In this document: piece by piece, positions 1 through 15,244 of the stretch | Numbering within the stretch: position 1 is the first letter of the stretch | How the letters are laid out: each line of letters starts with the position of its first letter | NCBI RefSeq assembly: GCF_009914755.1 | Contig: NC_060933.1 | Length of the DNA stretch: 64,000 nucleotides | From: the human T2T-CHM13v2.0 reference genome, Homo sapiens | Direction: 5' to 3' (one strand) | Position numbers and translations under genes: made by a program | Notes under the pieces: generated by a model | Database searches by the model: none | What the model was told of the DNA's origin: nothing | What the model saw: only the letters and a program-made list of their open reading frames with translations

Positions 1-1
1 A

Positions 2-306
<305 letters not shown>

Positions 307-518
307 CAAAGACAAGTTTTTAAAGGAACAAGCAAATTTCAGAACAATACATAGGGTATGTATCTGTGGAGGGAGGTTGGGTGGGGGGGGTGTTCTGAAA
401 GGATGCCAAATTAGCTGGTGCTTCGGTGAGCTGAAGACTCCAGGGATTCAGCCCTACTTCCCCTTCACCTGGAGGTTTCTTTCTCTAGATTGGAGACATT
501 TCTAGGAGGCTGCCCTCT

Positions 519-703
519 ATTTTTTTTCTTTTTCTTTTTTTTCCTTTGAGACAGGTCTCACGCTGTTCCCCAAGGTCCAGGCTGGAGTTGCAGTGGTGTG
601 ATCATGGTTCACTGTGGGCTCAACCTCCTGGATTCAAGTGGTCCTCCCACCTCAGCCTCCCAAGCAGCTGGGACTATAGGATGTGCCACTATGCTCAGCT
701 AAC
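519..703 (-). mobile_element. Alu right monomer / FRAM-like
   Basis: T-rich tail plus gagacaggtctc...ctgggactatagg; no left arm. Confidence 0.75.
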
Positions 704-2779
704 CTCTTGGTTTCTTGAGAAAAGCTGTGGCACCTGGTGCTGTCCCCGATGGTTCTCTCTACCTCTGAATCTGAAGGTTGTGTTGGCAGACGCAGTGGGC
801 ACAGCAGAGGAGGTGCGTGCTAGAGGGCTGTGGGTGTTCCAGAAGACTGTGCACAGGAAAGAGTGCTGGAGTGGGGGTAGAGTTCTAATCTCCAGCTCTG
901 GATTCTCTGGGCCCAGAGCAAATCACCTTCCATCTCAGGCATGACCGTTCTGGCTACAAAATGAGGAGACTGGACAAGATGACTTCAGGGGCCTGTGTGT
1001 CAGACATTTGGTGGAGTAGCATGATGGGGGGAAGGAGGGGACAGGCATGGCCGAGGGAGGGATCTTGTGAACTGGGGCAGGTGTGTCCTGGCCTGGGGAG
1101 CCTGGAGTCTGGTCTGCTGGGTTTGGTTTCTCTGCTGTAACAGGGTACAGGGCACCCTGGCCTTCCTGAGAAGCCCCTGGCTGGCAGGGCCTGGAACGGG
1201 AGCAGTGCAGTGTGGTGCAAACTCATCTCAATCCCGAGTCAGCCTTTGCCCCTGGGCCTTTGTCAGCCTCCAGCTTCTCACTTGGCCTTGCCCAAGTCCC
1301 TGTCCTAGCCACTGGGCTGTGAGCCCTGTGAGGGCAGGCACCTGCCCAGCCTCGTGCAGATGCCCAGCAAATATTTGCTAAATGGAATTAGTGACCATTT
1401 GTGTCTGGAGATTTCCTGATCCTGACTTCTGGGCAAAGGGCCACTGTTAGTTAGGTGATAGGTGTTGTGGAGCACAGGGGTTCCTGTGGCTTTCGGATCC
1501 AAGCATGTTTGTGCCAGAGCTGGCTTTGCACAGGTAGTAGTTTCAGAAAAAATGTTTCATGTTAAACATAGGTGTCTTTGAGTTGGTGAAATTCAACCCA
1601 TGACTGCGGGCTTCGTTTGCCTGTTTCCAAACCTCTCTCTCTCCCACCCCACACTAGATTGGGCACAGTTTTCATAGGTTTCTCAGCTCTAGGAAGCCAC
1701 AATGAAGTAATTGCTCAGACTTTGAGATAATGATACCGTCAGTTCTCCCGGCGCCTTTCATCCAAGGAGTCCTCCTCACCTGCCAGCATTATCTGATCAC
1801 AGCTTGGAGAGTGCCATAACCCCTGTTATTAGCTCTACCTCACATCCATGGCCACTGTGGTCCTGAAAGAAGAGGGCAGTTAGGGCTGGAACTGAAACAG
1901 GATTCCTGGGCTTCTGAGATCTGGGTCCTGGACAGGAGAACAGCAGATATTTCTGATGGATGACGGGCTGGACCAGGGTTTGCAGGAGCCTGAATTGCTT
2001 GGGACTGAAGCTTAACCACCAGAAGTATGAGGGTCAAGTGATGTCTGGGTCACAGTGATTGGTGGACTTATGCAGAGTTAGGAGACATGAAGGGTTCTCC
2101 AAACCTGTTCTCTAACCAGAAACAAAGCAAAGCCCCAGCTGCCAGCCTAGTTTCAAGAGGCATGTCCAGAGCTGGCCAGATGGGATGATGAGGGGATGTC
2201 TCACTGTGCTGTGAGGGATTGTGGAAGGACTTTGGAGTTCAGGTCTAGAGGAAAGAGCCCAGAGAATGCAGAACTAGATCCGGGCAATGAAAGTTACCGA
2301 GAGGCCACTGTTGGCTTAATATAAGATGCAGCATTGAACAATCAGAGCTCTTTCAAAAGGGAAAGGGCTCCCACCACAGGAAGCAAGCTCCCCATTGCTA
2401 CAGGTGACTGGGCAGAGGGAGGGCACAGCTAGCCAGGGTTGTCACAGATGGAGCCATGCCTGGGCTTTCTGGTAGACGGCCCTGCCCTGCTTTCTGATGT
2501 CTCCAGTGCCTGTCCATGGGGTGGACTGAGTTCAGCAGCTTTTTGAGGTCCCAGGGAAAGTCTACTGGACTGAGAGAAACATTTTCGATGTCACCGAGGA
2601 AGAGGAGTGTGACCCTCTCTCTCTTCTCTGTCTTGGCTGGAGGCCATTGGGTATCTGTGAGGATGACCTGAAGTTTTGTCCTGTTTTTTCTTTTTTTAAA
2701 AAATTTAAACAAAAATGGGAAAAGCCAGGGGATAAACCTCACCCGGCCACTCATTCTTGCCCTGCCTTCCAGCCCCGTC

Positions 2780-2905
2780 CTTCTGTTCTCTTTACATGTC
2801 CCCTCCCTCCCTGTTCTCCTCCCTTCCTCCCTGCTCTTTCTCTTCCTCCCCTCCTTTCTCCTGCCTCTTTCCTTCTTCCTTTGTTTCCTCTTTCCTTTCT
2901 TTTTA
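2780..2905. repeat. CT-rich low-complexity polypyrimidine tract
   Basis: near-pure pyrimidine run of cct/ctt units. Confidence 0.75.
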
Positions 2906-3126
2906 ATTATAGAAGTGCTATAGTTCGTGGATATATTTGAATTATTAAAACAACAATTGTGATAGATTGAAATTCCTCTTGACTACCCTCCTCCAATTCC
3001 TAGTCTGTTCTCTAGCAGGGATCACTGTTTTTAATTTGGCATCCTTTCAGAACCCTCCCTCCCCCGCCAGATACATACCCTATGTATTGTTCTGAAATTT
3101 GCTTGTTCCTTTAAAAACTCGTCTTT

Positions 3127-3437
<311 letters not shown>

Positions 3438-4089
3438 CTAAAACTTTTCTCAATAATATTCCTCTGCCAGGTTGTATGGTGCTCCTCCATTCTTTATAAC
3501 AGCTCATACTATTCCATATACAGCTATAGATGGTTTACTTCACTATTTCTATATTGATGAACATTTCAGGTGTTTCCAGTTTTTCCTTAAACAATGCTGT
3601 AGTGCCAGCCTTTGTGTGCACGTGCTTGTGTTTGTCTACGACAGTGACCTGGAATGAAGACTTTTAGGTGGAAGAATATGCACATTTAAATTTCAGTAGA
3701 TCTTGGCAGAAATTACCCTCCATTTTCACTCCTTCCAACAGAGAATGACAGTACTTGTTCTCCTACACCTTTACCAACATTTGACAACGACCCAGCAGTG
3801 AGATTTCCCAGCATCCACCTGGCTGCCTGTACAGTAGTGAGCTCCCCATCACCAGAGGGGCACAAGCAAGGCTAGAGAACCACTGCTGGAGGCATTCGAA
3901 AGGGACTCCCGATGTGGTGGGCGGGGCTGAACCCTGTGGCTTCTGAGGTCCCTGCCAGCCAGAGACTTGTGTGAGTCTTTGAATGGCTTCACATGAACAA
4001 AAGAGCATTTCTGTCACCTTTCCTCTAGTTTTTTCCACCACACCCACCAGGGAGCTGAGGCAAGGTTGTTTCTGTTGCTGTTTCCTTAG

Positions 4090-4140
4090 GTCAGCTGAGG
4101 CTGTCCATTGATGCCCAGGACCGGGTTCTGCTGCTTCACA
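4090..4140 (+). CDS. RGS3: RGS3 C2-domain exon (GQLRLSIDAQDRVLLLH), phase 1-1
   Basis: acceptor ctgtttccttag|GT, donor CACA|gtgagt, 51 nt. Confidence 0.95.
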
Positions 4141-4524
4141 GTGAGTACGGCTTTGTGCAGGCTCACCAAGGAAGGGGCGGGCCACTCAGCTTGCTGCCTG
4201 GGGCTGGGGTTGGGGGATGGTGGCACCATGGGCCAAGGCTTCTTTTCTCATCCTTGTATAAAGGATGTGTCCATTGATAAAAGCCAGTATTCACCTGGGG
4301 CTCTTTCTATAGAGCAGCCCTGGTCCTGCCTTGGATGTGTCTGGAGTCCACATGGTAGACCTTTCTCATTGACAGGCTACAGCTGCCCCTGGGTACCTCA
4401 ACTTCCTTCTTGGCCCCAGCAGAGCAGGGCCACAGAAGAGTTTTCCTATCTTCCCTCCCTTCTTTATTCCATCCTTTCTTCTTTTCTCTATTTTTCTCAC
4501 TCATTCATTTATTCATTGGTTGAC

Positions 4525-4760
4525 AGGCAGCATAGTATCATGGTTAAGATCATAGTCTTTGGAGCCAGACCACTATAATTTGAACCCTGGCTCTGATACT
4601 TGTTGAGTGGCCTTGAACAAGCTCCGTTTTCTCATCTGTCAAGTAGTGGTGGTAATACTATGTATCTTACAGGTTGCTACAAAGATTAAGTGAGTTACTG
4701 TTAGTAAAGTGCTTAGAACAGTGCTGAACTTGTAGTCAATCCTGTGTAAGTTTTTGTTAG
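4525..4760 (+). mobile_element. MIR
   Basis: ctttggagccagac...tttctcatctgt...aagattaagtgag...taaagtgcttagaacagtg MIR core. Confidence 0.7.
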
Positions 4761-4775
4761 ATAAAATAGAAAACT

Positions 4776-5122
<347 letters not shown>

Positions 5123-6363
5123 CTAGGGGCTGGGAACACCAAGGAGAAGCACCCACCCCTGTCTAGATGGTGTTGATGGGATGCCAGGGAAGACTTGGCG
5201 GAGGGGGTGATGCCCACACGGTATCCTGAAGGAGGAATGGGCCTGAGCCAGGCAAAGAGGAGCAGGGAGGGTGTGGCTAGCACTTCATGCACAGGGCTAG
5301 CAAGTGCAAAGGCCTGGGGGTCAGAGAGAGCAGGATGCATTTGAAGAGCTGTCTAGCATGGCTGGAGCACAGCACAGGAAGAGTTCATACTCCACCTGTT
5401 TGTCTGTCCATGTGTCCATCCTTCCATCCGGCACATGAATAGTTACATGAGTTGCTGTCATGGCCCCCACTGCCAGGACTCTTCTGTTTAGCCCAGAAGG
5501 CCCTGTCTATCTCTCCAGCCTCCCTGGCTCTTGCCGCTGACGGTACCCTCCACCTCCAGCTCTATCCAGTTACATGCACTCCCTTGAATACATCTTGCTT
5601 GCTCCTGCCTCTGTGCCTTTGCACCTGCTGTTCACTGTGCCTGGAATAACCTTTCTTTTGTTTTGAACCCCTTTTGAAAAATAACTCTCCACCTGCTCTG
5701 ATTTTGCAAGAAATATGCCTGCCTTCATCATCATTAAGACTCAGGAAGGAAGGGTCATTTTGCCTTATTATTTCCCCCTCCAGGAATCATCCCCCTGACC
5801 CACCTGTCTGGGCTGGGTTTATTGCTTTCTCCTTTGTGTCTTTGTCACAGCCCTGACTATACTGTGCCACCTGTGTCTGGCCTCTCTGCCAGACTGAGAA
5901 TGCAATGAGGACAGGGACTGGGTGTGGTTCATTGTCACTGCTGGCCAGAGAGACCCAGGAGGTCACCAGACCTGGGTCCTGCCCTCAAGAACCACGCCCT
6001 CGAGGGAAATGATGCACACAGGAACAGTAACCAGGATACTGGGCAGAGTAGACTAGTAGGCGCCTGGGTCCTCTGGTCATGGCCATGGGGGGCCCAACGT
6101 GAAGTTCCCAAGGAGCAGCAGAGGGGTGTTCTCTGCCTGCCAGGGCCTGACTCCAGCTGTGCAAACAGTTTTTGCAAAATGCATCTTGGCCTCCACCACT
6201 CCATTTGTCCTGCACAGTTTGCTTTGGCTTCACCCCAGTCTCAGGCCCTTCATCCCTTCCCACCGGTCCCCACTCCTTCCATTGGTTTCCCAGGCCTTGC
6301 ACCTCAGACTACTGGGAGCACTGTCTGAGCCAAACCCTAGGGCTCAATGAAAACCAGACGTAA

Positions 6364-6831
<468 letters not shown>

Positions 6832-7657
6832 TTATTATTATTTTTCTTTAGCAAACATTTTTTGAGCAATTACTTATTTGCCAGGCACTCCTCTGAGCAC
6901 TTCAGGCACATTACCTCATTTAATTGGAACAACTACCATGTGAAGTGCATGTTATTATCACTAAACCATTAAAAATGGCAAATTCTGTCCCATGCAAAGC
7001 AACTCACTCTAGCTTATATGGTGAGTAAGCGGTGCAGCTGGGATTCATGCCTGGGTCCGTCCACCCCTGAGGCCCCAGCTTGTGACTCCTGTGCTGTGCT
7101 GTCCGCCAGCCACAGCACGGCTCACGGCACACCGTGAGTGCCACGGCATGGCTCATGGCACATGGTGAGTGGCCCCTTCATTCCTAGAAGGCAGTCTTGT
7201 GTGGTAGAGCACTGAGCCGGGAGTCAAGAGACATGGGTTCCAAATCCAGCGGTCATTCCCATTGTTCTGTGATTGTGGGCAAGTTTCTTACTATCTTGGG
7301 TTCCCCTCGAAGCCTCATTTTCCCCATTACATGAAGGGTTAGATTCTATAAACTGTAGTTCTCTTCCAGCTGTAAGATTCAGGGAATTGAATGTACCTCG
7401 TAATGCATTGGTGAGGGTGCTGCCAGAGAGTGGAAGATGGTGGGAATGGCCTAGACCAGAGCAGGTTCATAGCCAATGGTGGTTATGCAGATTAAGGGCC
7501 TAGTAGCAGGGGCCATAGCCCTGCTACTCACAGATACGCTTTTCTTTTCAGGTCTCTTTATTCGTGTGGATGGATATGTCTATGTGTGTCTCTCTTTCTC
7601 GCTGTGTGTGTGTGTATGTTTCCATTCATCCACCCCAATGTCTGAATTCTCTTTTAG

Positions 7658-7716
7658 TTATAGAAGGTAAAGGCCTGATCAGCAAACAGCCTGGCACCTG
7701 TGATCCGTATGTGAAG
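7658..7716 (+). CDS. RGS3: RGS3 C2-domain exon (IIEGKGLISKQPGTCDPYVK), phase 1-0
   Basis: acceptor ctcttttag|TT, donor AAG|gtatgt, 59 nt; contains the C2 DPYVK motif. Confidence 0.95.
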
Positions 7717-8736
7717 GTATGTGGTGGGGCCGGAGATGGAGAGTGGGATATTGAGGGGCCATGTTACTGGGCTCAGTCCCAAGGTCCCAGCACACCTGTG
7801 GGGCTGGTGACCTTTGAGGAGGCAGTTGCCATCTCACTCATCTTCTCAATAGGCATTTATTGGGCCCAGTGCTGGGACAAACCCATTCCCTTAGCTCGGC
7901 TGGGTCCCTGGGGCTTCCTGCAACAGCCAAAATCTTAAGGGCGATCTTGGTCATCTATATAGGTGGGCAGTGAGTATGTGGATGGCTGAAATCCACAGGT
8001 AATCCCAAGACCTCTTGTGAAAAGCACCGTTTTCACCCACTTTCCCCCCAAACTAGGGGCAGGATGGCCAGATTTGGGCAGTAGAGTGGAGGGAGTGTCT
8101 CTGAGGGCTGGAAGATCCTTCTGGGTTGGGCTTTTGCTGTAAAGACAGGGTCCTTATAGGGGTGGGGCTCTACTTTCAGTGAGAGCCAAAGGCCAGGAGC
8201 TTCCTAAAGTGTGGCAGCTGGGGTTCCAGGTGCTGGCCCTCAGCATTCTTCCTGAAGCCTTCAGGCTGATCAGAAGCCCCTGCTGGCAAGGAATTTATCA
8301 GGAGCAGGGCTAGAACAGCCCTGGGTTGAGAACATGGATTTGGGGCCTTGGCAGAGGCTGACCTGGAGCCTTCGTGAAGGGAGCACTCAGCAGCTGCTGG
8401 GACCTTAGAAGAGAGGAGTCCTTTCGCTTCTGGGGAAACCACTCTGCTTGGGGGAAGAGCAGAGATGATAAAGTTGTACCCCAGCTCTGGCTGGGCCGTG
8501 GCTGCCTTTTTGGTACCACCCACCATGAGGCCCTGTCCTGGCATCTGCCTCCAATGTCTCTTGCCCTGGGCTCCTTGTTCCCTTGCAGCATCTGACAGGG
8601 GACTCTATTCTGTCCTCTGCAGAGGCTGACTTGAAGGACCCTGGGAAGCCTTTAACTTGGAGATGTGCAGAGTCAGCTGCTGGGCTTAGGTGGGCCATGA
8701 GATCCGCTAATCATGCTTCCTTTTTTCCAATTCAAG

Positions 8737-8831
8737 ATTTCTTTGATCCCTGAAGATAGTAGACTACGCCACCAGAAGACGCAGACCGTTCCAGACTGCA
8801 GAGACCCGGCTTTCCACGAGCACTTCTTCTT
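8737..8831 (+). CDS. RGS3: RGS3 C2-domain exon (ISLIPEDSRLRHQKTQTVPDCRDPAFHEHFFF), phase 0-2
   Basis: acceptor ttttttccaattcaag|ATT, donor TT|gtaaga, 95 nt; C2 KT...P.F.E.F motif. Confidence 0.95.
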
Positions 8832-9499
8832 GTAAGAGTCTGGTGCAGCTGGGCCCTAGAAAGGAGAGGGAAGGAGTGTTTATCTGGAAACAGCTCTGTT
8901 TGCCAAATCTAGAACTAGATCTATGCAAAAAAAAAAAAAAAAAAAAAAACCAAAACAAAAAAAACCAGTGCCTTCTAAAGGATGTCTTTGTTTTCTCACT
9001 CACTTGTGTCCTTGCATCCCTGGCACCAGGCCCAGCAGCGAGGTCCACAGTGATAAGGTATCACTTGGCTAGCTCTCATAACTAAAATGCCCAGCCTGGG
9101 GCTGGCAGCCCATAAAAAGTGTAGGCAATTTCCCACTGTGCCTTGGGCCAAGCTTTCTCCTTTAGCCGAAGGAATTTTCCAAGCTGAAGGATGTTTTGCC
9201 TCCCTGCCCCCCTTTTTACTTCAACTTTCTAACCTCTCTGAGCCTTGGCTTCCTTATTTGTAAAATGGGGCTAATAATAGTAGCAACCTCAGAGAGCTGT
9301 GGGGTATAAATGGGACAGTATAACATAACACAGGGTACCAGCTATTATTGTTATTATTTCTTTCCCCAATCTCTGAACTCTGGGGCCAATGGGAAGGTAA
9401 TGTACATTTTGTATTTTCCTATTAGTGAAAATTAATATTTTGGTTTTTCTCTTACTACATAAAGTAGTTTTGGTTATGATAGGAAAATAGAAAATATAG

Positions 9500-9988
<489 letters not shown>

Positions 9989-10224
9989 CGAAAATGGAAT
10001 TATTTTATAATAGCATGTTGTAACCTCCTTTTTGTCCTTAACAACATAATATAAACTGTTTTATGCATGGAGGTAGTCATCTCTTACTTTATTTGTAATA
10101 TAGTTTATTTAACCAGCTGTTGACGTTACTTCCACATTTTTGGAATTATGACTGACTCTATGAGTCAGCTATGGCCTGGAGCTCAGCCCTTACTAACACT
10201 CCGATGGTCTGATTGATTTCGCAG

Positions 10225-10293
10225 TCCTGTCCAAGAGGAGGATGATCAGAAGCGTCTCTTGGTTACTGTGTGGAACAGGGCCAGCCAGTCCAG
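10225..10293 (+). CDS. RGS3: RGS3 C2-domain exon (PVQEEDDQKRLLVTVWNRASQSR), phase 2-2
   Basis: acceptor gatttcgcag|T, donor CAG|gtgagg, 69 nt. Confidence 0.95.
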
Positions 10294-11700
10294 GTGAGGA
10301 GAGCTGCTGAGCTGGAGGGGGACTCTGCTCTGGGCTAGTGGGTGACAGCCAGGTGGCCAGCATACACCAGGGGTTCGATTAGTGCTTTCTGGATAAATGA
10401 GTGATAGTGGCAATACTAAATTGCAGAGGCTGCCCCTCCTTGAGTCTCCATCATTCCAGGTGTTACCAAGGACTGTGTTATCAATGAGCATTTGCTGAGC
10501 ACTCGGTATCAAACAAGGCACTGTGCTGGTCACTGGGGAAGCCGACCAGCCTACACATGGAAATTTATTCTCAAGGTGTCCACTGTTCACGTGGGGACAC
10601 CAGGCACTGCATGGAGAGAAATTACAATAACAACATGTACGTGCTCAGTTCTACAGGACTCTAAGCACCTTGAAAAACAGGACTATTTCTTTTTTAGTCA
10701 TCACAGTACCTAGTGCCTGGCATATAGATGTTTATTAGATATTGGCTGCATGAAGAAAAGAATGACATGAGTAATAAAGGCCATCAGTATGGGAAGAGGG
10801 AGAGTTCACTGTGGTCTGAGATGATCAAGGAAGGCTTCATGGAAAAAGTGGAATTTTGAACTTGGGCACAGATGAAGAATAAGACAACTAAAGAAGAAGG
10901 TTGGAAATGGCATTCCAGGCAGGGCAAAGCATGAGCAAAGGCAAGGAGGCAGAAATACTCACTGTAAGCTAAGGCTGCCATGATGAGGCCAGGTAAGGGA
11001 GTATAGAAGTTTTGTGTAGGAGAATCCAAACAGGCTGATCTTGCAGGCAGTGCAGGACACAGGAGGGCTGAAGTGGCCATTAGTGACGGCAGTTAGAGCG
11101 GAGCAGGGGAGGAGTGCCGGGCAGGTGAGCATGAGAATTGGCTGTTGAGTGACAGCAATGCACTGCCATGGCCCACTGTTAGCGGCAGTGGCTCATTTGG
11201 CTGGTGCAGCCTAAGGAATCTGGGATACCCCATGGTCAGTATCATTTGCGGAGCAATCACATCACTGAATGGTGACTGAAAAGGGGCTTCCGTGAATGAA
11301 AATCAGCTCAAGTCACCAGCTGAGACCTGGAAAACATTTTTGGGTTCAATGCTCTTTAGTACTCTAAATGTTATTAGCTAATATGTTTTTTAAAATCGGG
11401 GTGTATTTAACATACAAAACGAAGGATTTCTCTTTTAATAAAGTATCCACTTTTCATCCTAGGGTAGTATAGTACAATAAACCTCATTCATTCATTCATC
11501 CAGCTGCCATTTCCTGGGTATCACTGTGGCAACAACATGCTGGGGATGCATGCATAGGGTCAAAGACTTTCCTATCGGATCACCGATAGAGACTTGGAGC
11601 TGAGAGTGAGGAGGGGGACGTCATGTTAATAACAATAGCAATTGCTGACTGGGTGCTGACCTGGAGCCAGGGGTTAACAGTGCATTGTCTCATTTAATTC

Positions 11701-12010
<310 letters not shown>

Positions 12011-12414
12011 TGTCTCATTTAATTCTTACAACAGCTCTAAGAAGAGTGTGGTTTTGTCCTAAGTTTTCAGAAGAGGAAACTAAAGTTTAGAGAGGTTAGG
12101 AATTTGCCTAAGGTCATACAGCCAGTTAACAATAGAGCCGGGATGGAATCCAGGTGGTTGGACCCCAGGGTCTTTCCTCTCAACACTGTACTGACTCATG
12201 GGTGGACAGGTGAAAGGACAGAAGAAAGAGCCAGTAAAGTAGAGAGGGAAGGGCAGGGCAAGAGTGGAGTGAGGAGGGATCTGCAAACTCATTGACGTTG
12301 CTGGAAGGTTAAGTACAAAGTAGGGACTGGCTAAAGATTAGCTGAAGAGGTTGGTATAAGCCAAGTCAGATGATTCTGTAGATTCTCTTTGGAGTATGGG
12401 GTTTCTCCTAAGGG

Positions 12415-12600
12415 CCGGTGGTTCTCGATCCTGGATATACATCAGAATTCCTTGGGATGCTTGTCAGGAACCTAGATTCTTAGGTGCCGCGTCAGATTAA
12501 TTACATCCAACTCTTCATGGGCAGGGCTGAGAAATCTGCATTTAAACATGTTTGCAGGGTGAACCTCCTGCAGTCACTTTGGTGTTTGGGAATGTCTGGC
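12415..12600. mobile_element. MER5A-like hAT-Charlie DNA transposon remnant
   Basis: gtggttctc...catcagaat...gagaaatctgcattt..aaca pattern. Confidence 0.65.
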
Positions 12601-13619
12601 CATTGGGAGATACTGAAGTGTGTCAAGCCAGGGAATGATGGATGCACATTCTAGATCTATCACTTTGGTAGGTCTTTGGAAGGTTGAGGTGAGAGAGAGG
12701 CTTTGGGGCTAGGGAGGGGAAAACAGACTCAGGCCATATTTAGGAGATTAAATCAGTAGTGCTTAGTGGTGATTTGGCTGTGAGAGCAGTGTGAGAAGTC
12801 AAGGGTAACTCCTGGGCGGCTGGTGGTGTCTCCACCTAAGACAGAGTTACTGGAGGTGGAGGTGAGTCAGCTTGGGATACGGTGAGATGCAGGTGCTTGG
12901 AGGGGAGCCAGGTCAGAGCTGTGAAGTAGGGCTCACCTTTGCCTACCTGGAACTTGGAAGACAGAGATATGGGAGCCATGAGCAGGAAGGCAGTGGGTGA
13001 AATTCTGAGCAAGTGAGATTGTCAAGGAAGGTCATCGAATGCTAAGGACCAAGGGTCCGCTCCCTGTCTTTGAAGGGACAGGCCAATGAAGGGAAGGTCC
13101 TGAAGGAGACAGCAGAGTGTCAGAGAGGCATATGGACGCCCAGAAAGCCCTTTGGGTGGAGGCAGACACCAAACTGCTGGAGAAGGAGCCGGTCATGCCC
13201 TTCATGGCTTTTGGAAAAGAAAATGAGGCCAGGGAAAGTGAGTCAGCGTCATGGGGCAGTGTCTCCACGTGTTGCCTATTTTGGGAAAGTGAGATGCCTT
13301 ATTAAACAAACTACAGCCAAACTCACGGTCACAGTCCCAGCCCGAAGCTCAGGAGGATCAGGGCCTTGGGAGCAGAGGGCCCTGTGAAGCTGTGAGCAGC
13401 ACGCAGGCCGGCCTGGCCTCCTTGCGCTCTCCTTTTCCTCTCTCCTTTATCGATCCATTTCGGAGCGAGAAGGCCTCTGAGCTGGAGGAGGCAGACAGAG
13501 TGATTGCAGGAAACTTCGGCTCTGCTGAATGCTCTCAAATCAAATTGTGCCTCTCTGAAGGATGGACATTCAACTTATCAACATGAAAGACAATTGTGGA
13601 AGGAAGGAAACAAACATTT

Positions 13620-14020
13620 ATGGAATTCTTCTCTGTGCCAAGCACTTTACATACATTATCTCATTTTATCCTCATCATGATCCTAAGAGGTAGGACTTAT
13701 TATTGCCCCTCTCTTCAGAGAAGAGGAAACTGAGGCTTATGAAAGCCGAGGCACTTGCTTGAGGTTATGTAACAGCTCATATTTACCAAGCACTTACTGT
13801 GTGTGGACATTAAGCACATGGCACTCGTTCTCCAATTTAACCCTCACAACAACATAAGAGGTAGGTATTATTATTTTTGCTCTTTTATAGGTGAGGAAAC
13901 AGGCACAGAGGCGTTACATAACTTGCCTAAGGTAACACAGATAGGGTGCCGTGAAAACAAGATGTAAATGCAGGCAAGCTGACGCCAAGTCCAGGTTCTC
14001 GCAGCTACATTACGGTACAC
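13620..14020 (-). mobile_element. two MIR fragments
   Basis: ctcattttatcctca...gaggaaactgaggct and ccctcacaacaac...gtgaggaaacaggcacagag. Confidence 0.7.
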
Positions 14021-14139
14021 TTGACCATCTCACATGGATGATAAATGACTCCAAAGCATACTCTTTCTGTGTCAGTATGCTTGCTCCTCAGGACTCAGGG
14101 TGCTTCTCTTTGCATTTATAGTGTAGTTTCATTGATTGA

Positions 14140-14421
14140 TTGAGACAGGATCTCACTCTGTCACCCAGGCTAGAGTGCAGTGGTGTGATTAGAGCTTACT
14201 GCAGCCTTGAACTCCTGGGCTCTAATGACCCTCCAGCCTCAGCCTCCTGAGTAGCTGGGACTACAGGTACATGCCACCACACCCAGCTACTTAATTTTTT
14301 TTTTTTTTTTGTAGAGACGATGCCTTGCTATGTTGCCCAGGCTGGTCTCCAACTCCTGGCTGCAAGTGCTCCTTCTGCCTCAGCCTCCTAAAGTGCTAGG
14401 ATTACAGACATGAGCTACCGC
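14140..14421 (-). mobile_element. AluJ-like
   Basis: antisense dimer, J-type diagnostics. Confidence 0.85.
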
Positions 14422-15244
14422 AGAATTTATAATGGAGTTTTATGTAAATTATTCAGCCAAATGTGTGGTGGTCACATTTTGAAACTGATAGGAGATAACA
14501 GGAAAGCATCTGTTTCACTAATTCTCACGATCCTTCCAGGGATGGCTGTGAACTTGTGTTAGAGAAACAAGATGATCTACAAAGAAGTTCTGGGGAAGGG
14601 CCAGATGATTTCAGTTCATCATGGTGATCACAGTGGGAACTGAGGAGAACCAGGCCTCAGCACAGTAGATTTTGGCTTAGCTTTGACTAGCTGTATGACC
14701 ATGGGTCAGTCCCTTCCCTGCGCTGAGCCTCAATTTCCTTGTCTGTAAAATGCAGTGATCACTAATGTTTCTTTCAGCTTCAAGTTTCTGGGAGTTTTTT
14801 ATAGGCACTTTCAAATGTGTGCAGAGGTAGAAAGTATCATATAATAAACCCTCATATACTCATAGCGGAGTTTCATCAATTATCAATATATGGCCAATCT
14901 TATTTCATTTACACCCCATCCACTTTCCCCTTCTCCAGTGAATTATTTTAAAGCAAATCCCAGACATCTCATCTCATCGGTATATATTTCTAAAAGATGG
15001 CTTTAAAAAAAATCATGATGACATTATCACACTTAAAAATTAATAGTAATTCCTCAATATGCCATTGAATATGGAACTCAGCTTTAAAAATTCTGTTTGA
15101 TAATATGGCAAAAGACAAATTGAAGCTTCCAGTATTAATCAGAACTTGTGGCCAGGGAACAGACTTGGAGAGAATTATAATGTTATGTACTAAGGTAAAA
15201 AATGCATATATGTATTATATTTATACCTCCAAAGATTATGTTCA

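Noticed and set aside
3849-3864. CTCF-like motif tcaccagaggggcac
   Set aside because: Mismatches at core positions; cannot be supported without ChIP data
8926-8965. A-rich tracts (also 44111-44131) as transcript ends or retrocopies
   Set aside because: No attached retroelement body or poly(A) signal; likely simple repeats and internal-priming artefact sites
11233-11280. Possible miRNA-like hairpin (tcagtatcattt...gaatggtgactga)
   Set aside because: Only about 12 bp of imperfect stem, too short for a pre-miRNA
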